DNA from: Patescibacteria group bacterium
GTDB taxonomy: Bacteria > Patescibacteriota > Patescibacteriia > SBBC01 > CAIJZX01
NCBI GenBank assembly: GCA_038065275.1
Contig: JBBTRH010000007.1
Location: 2,873-66,872 of the forward strand
Reading direction: 5' to 3'
Length of the DNA: 64,000 nucleotides
The position numbers were made by a program, and so were the translations under genes. Under the pieces are notes generated by a model that saw only the letters and a program-made list of their open reading frames with translations, did not search any database and was not told where the DNA came from. Within the stretch, counting starts at the first letter, position 1; each line of letters starts with the position of its first letter. This document shows positions 8,927-17,682 of this stretch, piece after piece.

Positions 8927-10138
8927 TCACGTCAATGTCCACTTTCGGATTTGCCGTAACACCCGCGCCCCATCTCGCGCGTAGATAAGCATGTTTGGAT
9001 GAGGAATGTTTAAAATGGTAGCCGACGCATCGGACAGTAGCGGTTCTTGCCTGAATCCTAAGTTTGCGACCGCCTGTTCGATGTCAACGCGAATGTTCCC
9101 GTCGGGAAAAACATACTCCGGCCAGATCATCACCACCCGCGCGCCGGGCCGTAGCTTCGTCGCCCACTGTTCAAAACATCGAAGATACAGCGTTTGTACT
9201 TCTTTAGCCTGCTGACGCAACCACGGTCGCGGTTCATGTCCGCGCAACGGTTTACCCAAATACGGTTCGGTCACGATCACGTCGGCGGCCACATTGATAT
9301 GTCGCGCGTTGCGTGAGGTAATTTCCACCGTAGCCTGAACTTTTGGAAATTCTTTAAAGAGCCAACGGAGATTCTCCTGGCTCTCTCGCACCGCTCGCGA
9401 GTCCGCATCTGTCCCGTAGATTTCTTTCACGCCCATCAACACCGCTTCCTGTAAAATCGTACCCGCACCGCAGAATGGATCGAGCAGGATTGTTTGCTCA
9501 TTGACATTGGCAATATTCAACATCATCTGCGCCAGTTTTGGTGGCACCATGCCGCTCTTGGCGTTCGCGGCCGGGCGGCCGAAGTCGCGTCGGCCATAGG
9601 CTTCGTAATCCTGCACGGCTGTCGTCACGCCGACAATTACCTCCGATGCTGTTTTTACGAATACCAATTCTTTCCCCTTCTCCAACAATCCGTTTTTCTT
9701 CACGGTCACCGCCGACAGTTGCGGTTCGCGAGACGTGACGTACCGCACCGGTCGCCCAGTATGAACTAATTCTTTTTTCAAGCGAAGCCCCTGGCGATTC
9801 CCGGCCGCGCGTTCAGAATTCGACGCGCCGTAGACGCTTAGGCCGAATTCAATGCGGCCGCGGTCAGGAAAGAGTTTCTGCGCCCAGTCTCCGGACAACT
9901 CCTCGATCAGCGTCGTCACCAGATTCGTGGTGATCGGCCAGCGCTCAAGTACGGTCACCTGCTTGACGCTTCCGCCGAGGCGGTCAAGCGCCCGATCGGG
10001 CAATCCGCCCTCATGACGAACAAGCGCGACACTTGTTGACGCCACCGTTACCGCGGCCGACCATGCGGTCGTCATGGCCTCCAATTCCGCCACCGACAGT
10101 TCCGGCTCACGACCCAGGATAAACAGGGTTTCCGACAT
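8927..10138 (-). CDS. TRM11-like SAM-dependent RNA methyltransferase
   Basis: GMVPPKLAQMMLN, LLDPFCGAGTILQEA, VIVTEPYLG. Confidence 0.8.
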   Translation of the reverse strand: MSETLFILGREPELSVAELEAMTTAWSAAVTVASTSVALVRHEGGLPDRALDRLGGSVKQVTVLERWPITTNLVTTLIEELSGDWAQKLFPDRGRIEFGLSVYGASNSERAAGNRQGLRLKKELVHTGRPVRYVTSREPQLSAVTVKKNGLLEKGKELVFVKTASEVIVGVTTAVQDYEAYGRRDFGRPAANAKSGMVPPKLAQMMLNIANVNEQTILLDPFCGAGTILQEAVLMGVKEIYGTDADSRAVRESQENLRWLFKEFPKVQATVEITSRNARHINVAADVIVTEPYLGKPLRGHEPRPWLRQQAKEVQTLYLRCFEQWATKLRPGARVVMIWPEYVFPDGNIRVDIEQAVANLGFRQEPLLSDASATILNIPHPNMLIYARDGARVLRQIRKWTLT

Positions 10139-10280
10139 AGGTCGTCAGTATAGCGGAATTGGGCGCTCCTGCCGACTTTCCTGCCCAGCCCCACTTTTAC
10201 GCCCAATGAATCGCTTGATGAAAGGTTTATAAAACGTCTGCCAATACTCGCGGCGCTCACGCGTCGCCGGAAAATCAAGG

Positions 10281-10409
10281 GTGAAGCTCCGCCAGCAGGA
10301 GCTGGCGGCCTCACCGAGATGCGGTGCGGAGCGTAACCCCGCACCGGAGGCCGAGCGCACCATACTCCTCCACCGACAGAGTCGGTGGCCTCCTGGTGCG
10401 CGGGTAAAA
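10281..10409. repeat. Structured dispersed repeat, copy B
   Basis: Shared with 5847-6044; several nested hairpins. Confidence 0.85.
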
Positions 10410-10595
10410 GTGGGGCTGGGCTTGCCAGGTTTTCCGGCTCATGGTACCCTGCGTCCACGATGGTTGTGTCCCGAAGCGCTACGGCCTTCGGGACTCCCCG
10501 CAGATTGTGGGGACCCGCGCGCCATCGATCCGATCGAGGCACACCTTCGACGGTCATGGCGGGCGCCTCCCGCTTATTAGGTATTCATCCACTCC

Positions 10596-11087
10596 ATGCC
10601 ACAGCACTACGAACTCCTCTACATCATACCCGGCACCAAAGGCGAAGACGAAGTCCCGGCTCTGACCGCCCAAATTCACGAGCTACTCAAGACGAATGGC
10701 GCCGCTATCGTCAAGAACGATTTTTGGGGCAAGCGTAAACTGGCTTATGAAATTAATCACATTCGCTATGGCTACTACGACACCGTTGATTTCGACATGG
10801 AATCGACGAAACTCGGCGCCCTGGAACAAGCTCTGCGCTTAAACGCCGGCATCTTACGATCCCAAATCACCAAACGCAAAGTTTTGACGTCCGAACAACA
10901 GACCGCCGCCACCCAGCTTCGCGAACGCATCACCGCCAAGCGCGAAGTGGCCAAAGAGAAAGAAGCCGCGGCCATGCTCAAACCGGCCGCACCGGTCGCC
11001 GCACCGGTCGCACCGGCCCCGGTTGAGACCAAGCAACTCGAAGAAAAGCTGGAGGAGATTCTTGGGTCAGACAAAGTTGAATTTTAA
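10596..11087 (+). CDS. rpsF: 30S ribosomal protein S6 with long C-terminal extension
   Basis: YELLYII, WGKRKLAYEI; rpsF-ssb-rpsR synteny. Confidence 0.95.
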   Translation: MPQHYELLYIIPGTKGEDEVPALTAQIHELLKTNGAAIVKNDFWGKRKLAYEINHIRYGYYDTVDFDMESTKLGALEQALRLNAGILRSQITKRKVLTSEQQTAATQLRERITAKREVAKEKEAAAMLKPAAPVAAPVAPAPVETKQLEEKLEEILGSDKVEF

Positions 11088-11111
11088 ACATCGTTCACTC
11101 ATTACACGCCT

Positions 11112-11564
11112 ATGAGTTTTAGCCTCAACCGCGCCACCATTCTCGGCAATATCACCCGCGACCCCGAGTCGCGGACGACCACCAGCGGCCAGTCAGTCGT
11201 CTCGTTCAGTGTTGCCACCAACCGCCGCTGGAAGGATCAAACCTCGGGCGAACTGAAAGAAGCCACCGAGTTCCATAACTGCGTCGCCTGGAGCAAGCTG
11301 GCCCAGACGATCAGTACCTACGTCCGCAAAGGCAGTAAAGTCTACGTCGAAGGCCGGATCCAGACCCGTTCCTGGGACGACCCGACCGGCGTCAAGAAGT
11401 ACCGCACTGAAATCGTGGCCGATAATCTGATTATGCTCGACAAGAAAGGCGACGCTCCGTCCGGCGCCGCTCCGGCTACTCCAGTCACAGCGCCAGCCGA
11501 TCCTACCGCCCAACCCGCCGCGCCGACCGAGGCCGAGATAAATATTGAAGACATCCCCTTCTAA
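11112..11564 (+). CDS. ssb: Single-stranded DNA-binding protein
   Basis: LNRATILGNITRDPE, KGSKVYVEGRIQTRSW, C-terminal DIPF. Confidence 0.97.
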   Translation: MSFSLNRATILGNITRDPESRTTTSGQSVVSFSVATNRRWKDQTSGELKEATEFHNCVAWSKLAQTISTYVRKGSKVYVEGRIQTRSWDDPTGVKKYRTEIVADNLIMLDKKGDAPSGAAPATPVTAPADPTAQPAAPTEAEINIEDIPF

Positions 11565-11579
11565 TTTATAAACGGTCAG

Positions 11580-11650
11580 CCCATTAACCAACTAACGAGC
11601 TATCAAGCTAACCGTCTAACCGGCTAGCCAGCTAACGAGCTAACCAGCTG
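11580..11650. repeat. Degenerate 8-mer tandem repeat (GCTAACSA-like)
   Basis: CTAACGAG CTATCAAG CTAACCGT CTAACCGG CTAGCCAG CTAACGAG CTAACCAG. Confidence 0.75.
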
Positions 11651-11654
11651 CCCC

Positions 11655-11888
11655 ATGCGTCCTAAACCATCTCACGCCCCGCTCAAAGAGCGAACCTGTT
11701 ACCTCTGCGCCAACGTCATCGATGACCTCGACTACAAGGATGTCCGCAGTCTCCAGCGCTTCACCTCGGCCTCGGGCAAGATATTTCCCCGCCGCCGGAG
11801 CGGTGCCTGCATGAAACATCAGCGCGTCATCGCCGAGGCCATCAAACGCGCCCGGATCATGGCCCTGTTGCCGTTCACGACGCACTAA
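11655..11888 (+). CDS. rpsR: 30S ribosomal protein S18 (Zn-binding, C+ type)
   Basis: [34 protein letters not shown]. Confidence 0.97.
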   Translation: MRPKPSHAPLKERTCYLCANVIDDLDYKDVRSLQRFTSASGKIFPRRRSGACMKHQRVIAEAIKRARIMALLPFTTH

Positions 11889-11904
11889 CGTTTGCCGTAC
11901 GGAT

Positions 11905-12468
11905 ATGCTGGACATGAACGATATTCGCGTCGGCACGTTGGTTAAAATCAACCGCCAGCCGTACGTTTGTTTGTGGTCGGACTTCATGCGCACCGCCCAG
12001 CGCAAACCAGTTCGCCGCACCAAGCTGAAGAATCTCATCACCGGCAACATCCTTGAACAGACTTTCAAGCACGGTGATAAAATCGAGGAAGCCGATGTGG
12101 AACGGAGCAAGGCCAGCTATCTGTACTCCGACGCCACCGGTGCCCATTTCATGGACAGCACCAGTTACGAGCAAGTCGCCGTGCCGAAAGAAATGGTCGC
12201 TGAGCAATTACATTTCATGAAAGACGGCACCGAGTACACGCTTGTCAACTTCGAGGGCCAGCCGATCACTGTCGAACTGCCGAAGAAAATCGAACTAAAA
12301 GTGACCGAGACGAACGACGTGGTCCGCGGAGACACGACCGGCGCGGTGCTCAAAGACGCCACTCTCGAAACCGGTCACGTCGTCAAGGTCCCGCAATTTG
12401 TTAAGACCGGCGACGTCATCAGAATAAATACAGAGACCGAAGAGTATACGGAGCGCGTTACCGAATAA
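11905..12468 (+). CDS. efp: Elongation factor P
   Basis: KLKNLITG, YLY, FMD..YEQ, RGDT, ATLETG, VPQFVKTGD. Confidence 0.93.
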   Translation: MLDMNDIRVGTLVKINRQPYVCLWSDFMRTAQRKPVRRTKLKNLITGNILEQTFKHGDKIEEADVERSKASYLYSDATGAHFMDSTSYEQVAVPKEMVAEQLHFMKDGTEYTLVNFEGQPITVELPKKIELKVTETNDVVRGDTTGAVLKDATLETGHVVKVPQFVKTGDVIRINTETEEYTERVTE

Positions 12469-12483
12469 TTTCTCCACCAATGT

Positions 12484-12513
12484 ACAGCCACAGGCTCCCC
12501 AGCCTGTGGCTGT
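12484..12513. terminator. Bidirectional terminator hairpin between convergent efp and recA
   Basis: ACAGCCACAGGCT-CCCC-AGCCTGTGGCTGT, 13-bp perfect stem. Confidence 0.65.
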
Positions 12514-12526
12514 TGTTTACGTTTTC

Positions 12527-13621
12527 TTATTCCTTTTTCTCCGGTTCGCTTGTGGCCGGCTCCGGCACACTCGGCATTCGCCCGATCGCATCGTCCTCGA
12601 TTTGCCGTTCTTTCGCCACCGACAGCACCTTGAGGCGCACTTCTTCCGTCACTTTCGGGTTATCATGAAGGTACTGTTTGCATGCCTCGCGCCCGACGCC
12701 GAGCTTCACCTCGCCGTAGGCCATCGTGTTACCTGATTTGGTCAGCACACCATACTGGAGCGCCGTGTCGAGCACATCGCCTTCGAGATTAATTCCCTGG
12801 TTATACAGAATGTCGAACTCGGCTTGGCGGAATGGGGCGGCGACTTTATTTTTCACCACTTTAGCTTTCGTCCGGTTGCCGACAATCTTGTCGCCGAGTT
12901 TCAGTTGACCGATACGGCGGACTTCAATCCGCACCGAGCAGTAAAACTTCAAGGCCGTGCCGCCGGTGGTTGTTTCCGGGTTGCCGAAGAACACGCCGAT
13001 CTTCATGCGCGTCTGGTTGATGAAGATGACGATAGTTTTTGTTTTGGACACAATGGCGGTCAGCTTGCGGAGCGCCTGGGACATTAAGCGCGCCTGTAAC
13101 CCCATGTGTGAGTCGCCCATTTCGCCTTCAATCTCCGCTTTCGGCGTCAAGGCGGCCACCGAGTCAATTACCACGACATCAACGGCATTCGAGCGCACCA
13201 ATGTTTCCACAATTTCCAGCGCTTGTTCGCCGGAATCCGGCTGTGAGATGAGGAGGTCGTCAATATTGACCCCGAGTTTCTTAGCATAACTTGGGTCAAG
13301 GGCATGCTCGGCGTCAACGAAGGCGGCGGTCCCGCCGAGTTTCTGAACTTCGGCCACGATGTGCTGGGCCAGCGTTGTTTTCCCCGATGCTTCCGGACCG
13401 AAAATCTCAATTACCCGTCCGCGCGGCACGCCGCCCACTCCCAGGGCCAGGTCCAACGACAAACAACCGGTCGAGACGACATCGACGTCCATCGCCCGCG
13501 CTTCGCTGAACTTCATGATCGAGCCTTCGCCGAAGCGTTCGCGAATCTGCTCGACCGCCGCCCAAGCGGCATTATGCTTAACTTCTCCCGCTGAGCGGGA
13601 CTCTTTTTGGCCTTTGGCCAT
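12527..13621 (-). CDS. recA: Recombinase A
   Basis: [46 protein letters not shown]. Confidence 0.98.
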   Translation of the reverse strand: MAKGQKESRSAGEVKHNAAWAAVEQIRERFGEGSIMKFSEARAMDVDVVSTGCLSLDLALGVGGVPRGRVIEIFGPEASGKTTLAQHIVAEVQKLGGTAAFVDAEHALDPSYAKKLGVNIDDLLISQPDSGEQALEIVETLVRSNAVDVVVIDSVAALTPKAEIEGEMGDSHMGLQARLMSQALRKLTAIVSKTKTIVIFINQTRMKIGVFFGNPETTTGGTALKFYCSVRIEVRRIGQLKLGDKIVGNRTKAKVVKNKVAAPFRQAEFDILYNQGINLEGDVLDTALQYGVLTKSGNTMAYGEVKLGVGREACKQYLHDNPKVTEEVRLKVLSVAKERQIEDDAIGRMPSVPEPATSEPEKKE

Positions 13622-13733
13622 AGTATTGTTCCTTCCGCCGCTCGTCTCCCCACGAATCGGGGGCAGTCGGGGCTTAATAACTATAGGTTAACCGAAGAAA
13701 TACCGAATGTCAAGACTGTCCCTGTGGATAACT

Positions 13734-13913
13734 ACCTCCCCGTAATAAGGTAACACCTTTTCATCCAATAATGCCTATCAAGTAAGTACCTGCACTAAAA
13801 ATCCTCATATCGCACCCCTCCTTGCGAAGGAGGGGTGTGTTGATGTACGTTGCTAGCGCTCATTTAAGATAAAGGGGGTAGAACATTGGGGCGATACTAT
13901 TTGACGGGGAGGT
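13734..13913. mobile_element. ~180-bp MITE family 2, degenerate copy
   Basis: ACCTCCCCCGT...TATTTGACGGGGAGGT ends; central CACCCCTCCTT-AAGGAGGGGTG palindrome. Confidence 0.65.
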
Positions 13914-14003
13914 GGCGTCGATCGCACGTCTGGTGCGTGGGTAAGAACTTAGGGAAAAACGCCAACCGCCGCCCGTCGATCAAACCGGCGGCTTTCTATT
14001 GCC

Positions 14004-14702
14004 CTAACTATTCGTTGTGCTCGCCGGTGCCACAGCCGATTCGACAAGAATATTCCTGATTACCGTCCGCGGTCGGCTGTGTTTCTTAATGGCCGAAATT
14101 TTCAGCGCATTGAGTCCGATATGAAGGTCGATCGATTCATTAAACCGACCGTCACCGGAAGTCTGGACGTCCTGGTCGTTGATGGTCACCGTGGCGTTCG
14201 GGTCGGTCGTACCGCTGATGATCAAAGTCACGGCCGAGGTTGAAATATCCGTCGCCGGTTGCGTGACGGTCAACCGCGGGGGCAGGAAATTCCGCACAGC
14301 TTGGGTGCCGAGGTAGGTGACGGCTATGACCACGATGATGCCGGAGACGATGAAGCGAAGATGGCGCCGCACCCAGGGAAACTCCGTCGATGCTCGCGGG
14401 GTGAGGAGCGGCCGCGCGGTCGGTCCGGTCTTGGCCACCACGGCATATTCTTGCTCGAAGATCCCGACCGCCGTTTCCACGTCCGTCTCCAGCGCTTCCG
14501 CATACCGGCGGACGAACTGCCGAGCATAGACCAGCCCGGGCAAGTCACGATAACGCGATTCCTCGACGGCCGTGAGGTATTTCGAGGTGACGTGAATCCG
14601 CCGTCCGACGTCTTCAACTGACCATCCGGTTTCAGTCCGCAGGGCCCGTAGGCGGTCACCGAGCGTCGCCCCGGCCGTGAGCGGCCGCTTGGTGAACGTC
14701 AT
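14004..14702 (-). CDS. RodZ-like HTH membrane protein with C-terminal Ig-like domain
   Basis: N-terminal Xre-type HTH (LGDRLRALR...YARQFVRRYA), one TM helix, Ig-like tail; directly downstream of ftsK. Confidence 0.8.
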   Translation of the reverse strand: MTFTKRPLTAGATLGDRLRALRTETGWSVEDVGRRIHVTSKYLTAVEESRYRDLPGLVYARQFVRRYAEALETDVETAVGIFEQEYAVVAKTGPTARPLLTPRASTEFPWVRRHLRFIVSGIIVVIAVTYLGTQAVRNFLPPRLTVTQPATDISTSAVTLIISGTTDPNATVTINDQDVQTSGDGRFNESIDLHIGLNALKISAIKKHSRPRTVIRNILVESAVAPASTTNS

Positions 14703-14775
14703 CCCGTTAGAGCGTTATATTGAAGCATTATTATTCTCATTACGGTCTGATCCGACGATGGCCGCTCTAACGGGA
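14703..14775. mobile_element. CCCGTTAG-family element at the ftsK/rodZ junction
   Basis: Inverted ends; TCAT on both flanks (ATGA on the coding strand). Confidence 0.75.
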
Positions 14776-17049
14776 TCATGCGCGGCCGGCCTCGTCCTCC
14801 CCGCCCCCGACCGGCGTCCGTTCATCGCTGGCTGGACTGTCATCAACGGGCAGGTCTCGCGGGTCGACCGGGATTCCATCCGCCGTGGCCGATACCTGAC
14901 CGGCATAGATTTCCCTAGGCTTGGCGCCGGAGCCGGGGCCGATGAATCCTTGTTGTTCAAGCAGATCCATGATGCGCGCCGCCCGGGCGTAACCGAGGCG
15001 AAGGCGGCGCTGGAGGAGAGTGGTCGAGGCTTTGCCGCTCTGGAGGATGACTTCTCTGGCTTGGGTCATCAGTTCGTCATCCCCGAGATCTTCCATGCTC
15101 CCGCTGATCATCGGCGCGGCTTTTTCGACGATGTCGTTCATATAATCCGGTCGGCCGCGTTGCTTAAGGAACTGGGTCACGCGTTCCACCTCTTTTTCCG
15201 AAACATAGGCGCCCTGCAAACGCTTCGGTTTGCTCAGCTCGGCCGAGACGAAGAGCATGTCTCCTTTGCCTAGCAATTTTTCGGCGCCAGAGGTGTCGAG
15301 AATCGTCCGCGAATCGATCTGCGAGGCGACGCTGAAGGCAATGCGGGCGGTGACGTTGGCCTTGATTAGGCCGGTGATAACATCGACTGACGGCCGTTGC
15401 GTGGCCAAGACGAGGTGGATGCCGACGGCTCGGGCCATTTGCGCCAACCGCACGATCGCGCCCTCGACTTCCTTGGCCGCGACCGACATCAAGTCAGCTA
15501 ACTCATCGATCACCACCACGATATAAGGCAGGTCGTCATTAATGTCTTTACGATAGGAGGCGATGTTGCGCTTGCCGGCGTTCTGGAATAACTGAAACCG
15601 GCGGTCCATTTCGCTGACCACCCAGCGCAGGGCGTTGATGGTCTTGATCGTGTCGGTAATGACCGGTGTTAAGAGGTGCGGGATGTCATTATACAACGAC
15701 AACTCGACTCGTTTTGGATCGACCAAGATGAGCTTCAAATCATCCGGCGAGTTGCTGTAGAGCAAACTCAGAATCAAACCGTTGATTTGCACCGATTTTC
15801 CCGAACCGGTCGCGCCGGCGATCAGCAGGTGCGGCAACGGATCGAGGTTGGCTACCCACGGTTGCCCGGACACGTCTTTGCCCAGTGAGAACGTCAAGTT
15901 CGACTTCCGGTTCTTAAAGTTGTCGGCTGTCAGGATATCGCGCAGATTGACCAGCGCCACGGCCTGATTCGGGACTTCAATGCCGACTAGGGACTTGCCG
16001 GGAATCGGCGCTTCAATGCGAATCGGGTGGGCGGCCAGGGCCAGGGCCAAGTCGTTGTATAGCGACGCGATCTGGGCTAAGCGTACTCCTTCCGACGGTT
16101 TGAGCGTGAACTGGGTGACCGTCGGGCCGACATTGACTTCGCCCATTTCGACCGCAATGCCGAAAGTTTCCAGCGTTTTGCGGATTTTTTCTTTATTCGC
16201 TTCAATGTTGCCGCTGGTCGGCTTGCCGGTCGATAGGTCCAGCAGGTCAAGCGGAATAGTGATCTGCCGCTTCTCTTTTTTCGCCGGTGCTGGCGGCCGG
16301 GGAGCGTCGGCTTCCTCCTCGTCCTCATCGCCGGCGCGATCATCGTCTGCCGGCGCATCAGCGATCGCTTGCTTCGTAAAACCCGGCGCGGCGTTTTCCG
16401 TTGCTTGCTCTTCATGGCCACCGGCATCCAGCGTTAATTTCCGGCGCCACCAGCGGTGACGGACCCAGGCCAAGAATTTCGCCGGCAGGTTCCCGCGATC
16501 GGCTAAGCCGCGCAGGGTCGTGTTGAACATGATCAACAGAGCGATAATAAACAATCCGGCCATGATCAGTCCGGCGGCCACCGCCCCGAACCCTTGGCGG
16601 AGCGGATAGTCCAATAACACGCCCAAGTATCCCCCGCCCTCACCGCCGATCGCCCGGCTGACCGACTCCGCCGCCGGCAGGAACAGTTGCAGGATGCCGG
16701 AGACGCTGATTACGGCTAAAACGAATCCGGCCCACTGGGTGGCGTTGATATGCAAACGCTCGGGAAACAGGAGCAGTGTCCCGACGACCGCTAGGTACAC
16801 CCAAATCACGTAGCGTTGCCAGCCCACCAATGTCCCCAACCCGCCGCTGATGGCGCTACCCAGACCGCTGGCGCCGTTGAAAACGCTCAACGCGCCAACC
16901 GCCGCCAGGATGAACAGCGCGACGATCGTGACGGCGCGGCGAGTTTCAGGAGTTAGCCTAGACCGCGGCGGTTCAGCCGAAACTGGGCGTCCGGATTGTT
17001 GATCGCCGTTGGCACGAGCGCGTCGCGCTGATCGTTTCGACTGAGCCAT
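14776..17049 (-). CDS. ftsK: DNA translocase FtsK
   Basis: N-terminal TMs; PHLLIAGATGSGKS, DPKRVEL, IDELADLM, ATQRPSVDV, gamma domain LQRRLRLGYARA. Confidence 0.97.
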   Translation of the reverse strand: MAQSKRSARRARANGDQQSGRPVSAEPPRSRLTPETRRAVTIVALFILAAVGALSVFNGASGLGSAISGGLGTLVGWQRYVIWVYLAVVGTLLLFPERLHINATQWAGFVLAVISVSGILQLFLPAAESVSRAIGGEGGGYLGVLLDYPLRQGFGAVAAGLIMAGLFIIALLIMFNTTLRGLADRGNLPAKFLAWVRHRWWRRKLTLDAGGHEEQATENAAPGFTKQAIADAPADDDRAGDEDEEEADAPRPPAPAKKEKRQITIPLDLLDLSTGKPTSGNIEANKEKIRKTLETFGIAVEMGEVNVGPTVTQFTLKPSEGVRLAQIASLYNDLALALAAHPIRIEAPIPGKSLVGIEVPNQAVALVNLRDILTADNFKNRKSNLTFSLGKDVSGQPWVANLDPLPHLLIAGATGSGKSVQINGLILSLLYSNSPDDLKLILVDPKRVELSLYNDIPHLLTPVITDTIKTINALRWVVSEMDRRFQLFQNAGKRNIASYRKDINDDLPYIVVVIDELADLMSVAAKEVEGAIVRLAQMARAVGIHLVLATQRPSVDVITGLIKANVTARIAFSVASQIDSRTILDTSGAEKLLGKGDMLFVSAELSKPKRLQGAYVSEKEVERVTQFLKQRGRPDYMNDIVEKAAPMISGSMEDLGDDELMTQAREVILQSGKASTTLLQRRLRLGYARAARIMDLLEQQGFIGPGSGAKPREIYAGQVSATADGIPVDPRDLPVDDSPASDERTPVGGGEDEAGRA

Positions 17050-17050
17050 A

Positions 17051-17129
17051 TCCCGTTAGAAGCTATCTGAAAAAAAAGTGAATTGTTTGTTCATACGTGA
17101 TAAGCTTGTTATTACGGCTTCCAACGGGA
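17051..17129. mobile_element. CCCGTTAG-family element just upstream of the ftsK start
   Basis: TCCCGTTAGAAGC...GCTTCCAACGGGA; flanks CATA/CATG. Confidence 0.65.
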
Positions 17130-17682
17130 CATGGAAGCGCTTAGGATAGCATAAAAATGGCCTTGCGGCAATCTGATTTGTAATCCTGACGCCCAGGCGA
17201 GGATAGAGTACGCTCGATACTATCCGGTGGCTGAGGAGAAGCTATGCCTCAACACGCCATCTTCACTACATACAGCACACGCTGGGGAGCATGCGCTGTG
17301 GGAAAAGGGGAGAGCTTGCGGAGCAAGAAAACTACTACCTCTTCAAACACCGTCGGCGCCCCCGCCGGCGGTCGCCGAAGAAGAATAAGTGTTACTCACT
17401 GTCAGCCCAAATTTTCCCGGGTCGTCCAATAGATTTAGCTTTCTAGGATCTCAAATTGTCCCTCTCTCAAAGCAAAAATGGGTAAATCCGCTTTATGCTT
17501 CTTCAATTTAGCATCTGCCTTACCCAATCAATGTTCGGCGCATTAATATTCACCCAAACTGTGTCGACCCGGCGTGAATGGGGTCGGCACAGTTTCTGTC
17601 TTTCGTACCCTCACCTGCCCCACTCCTCACCAGACCGCAACCATCCTCACCTATCCCGCCCTCGTGCGGAATGATGCGGTCT

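Noticed and set aside
17170-17560. Gene or pseudogene between ftsK and rpoC
   Set aside because: No recognisable motif in the frames I read; left unexplained
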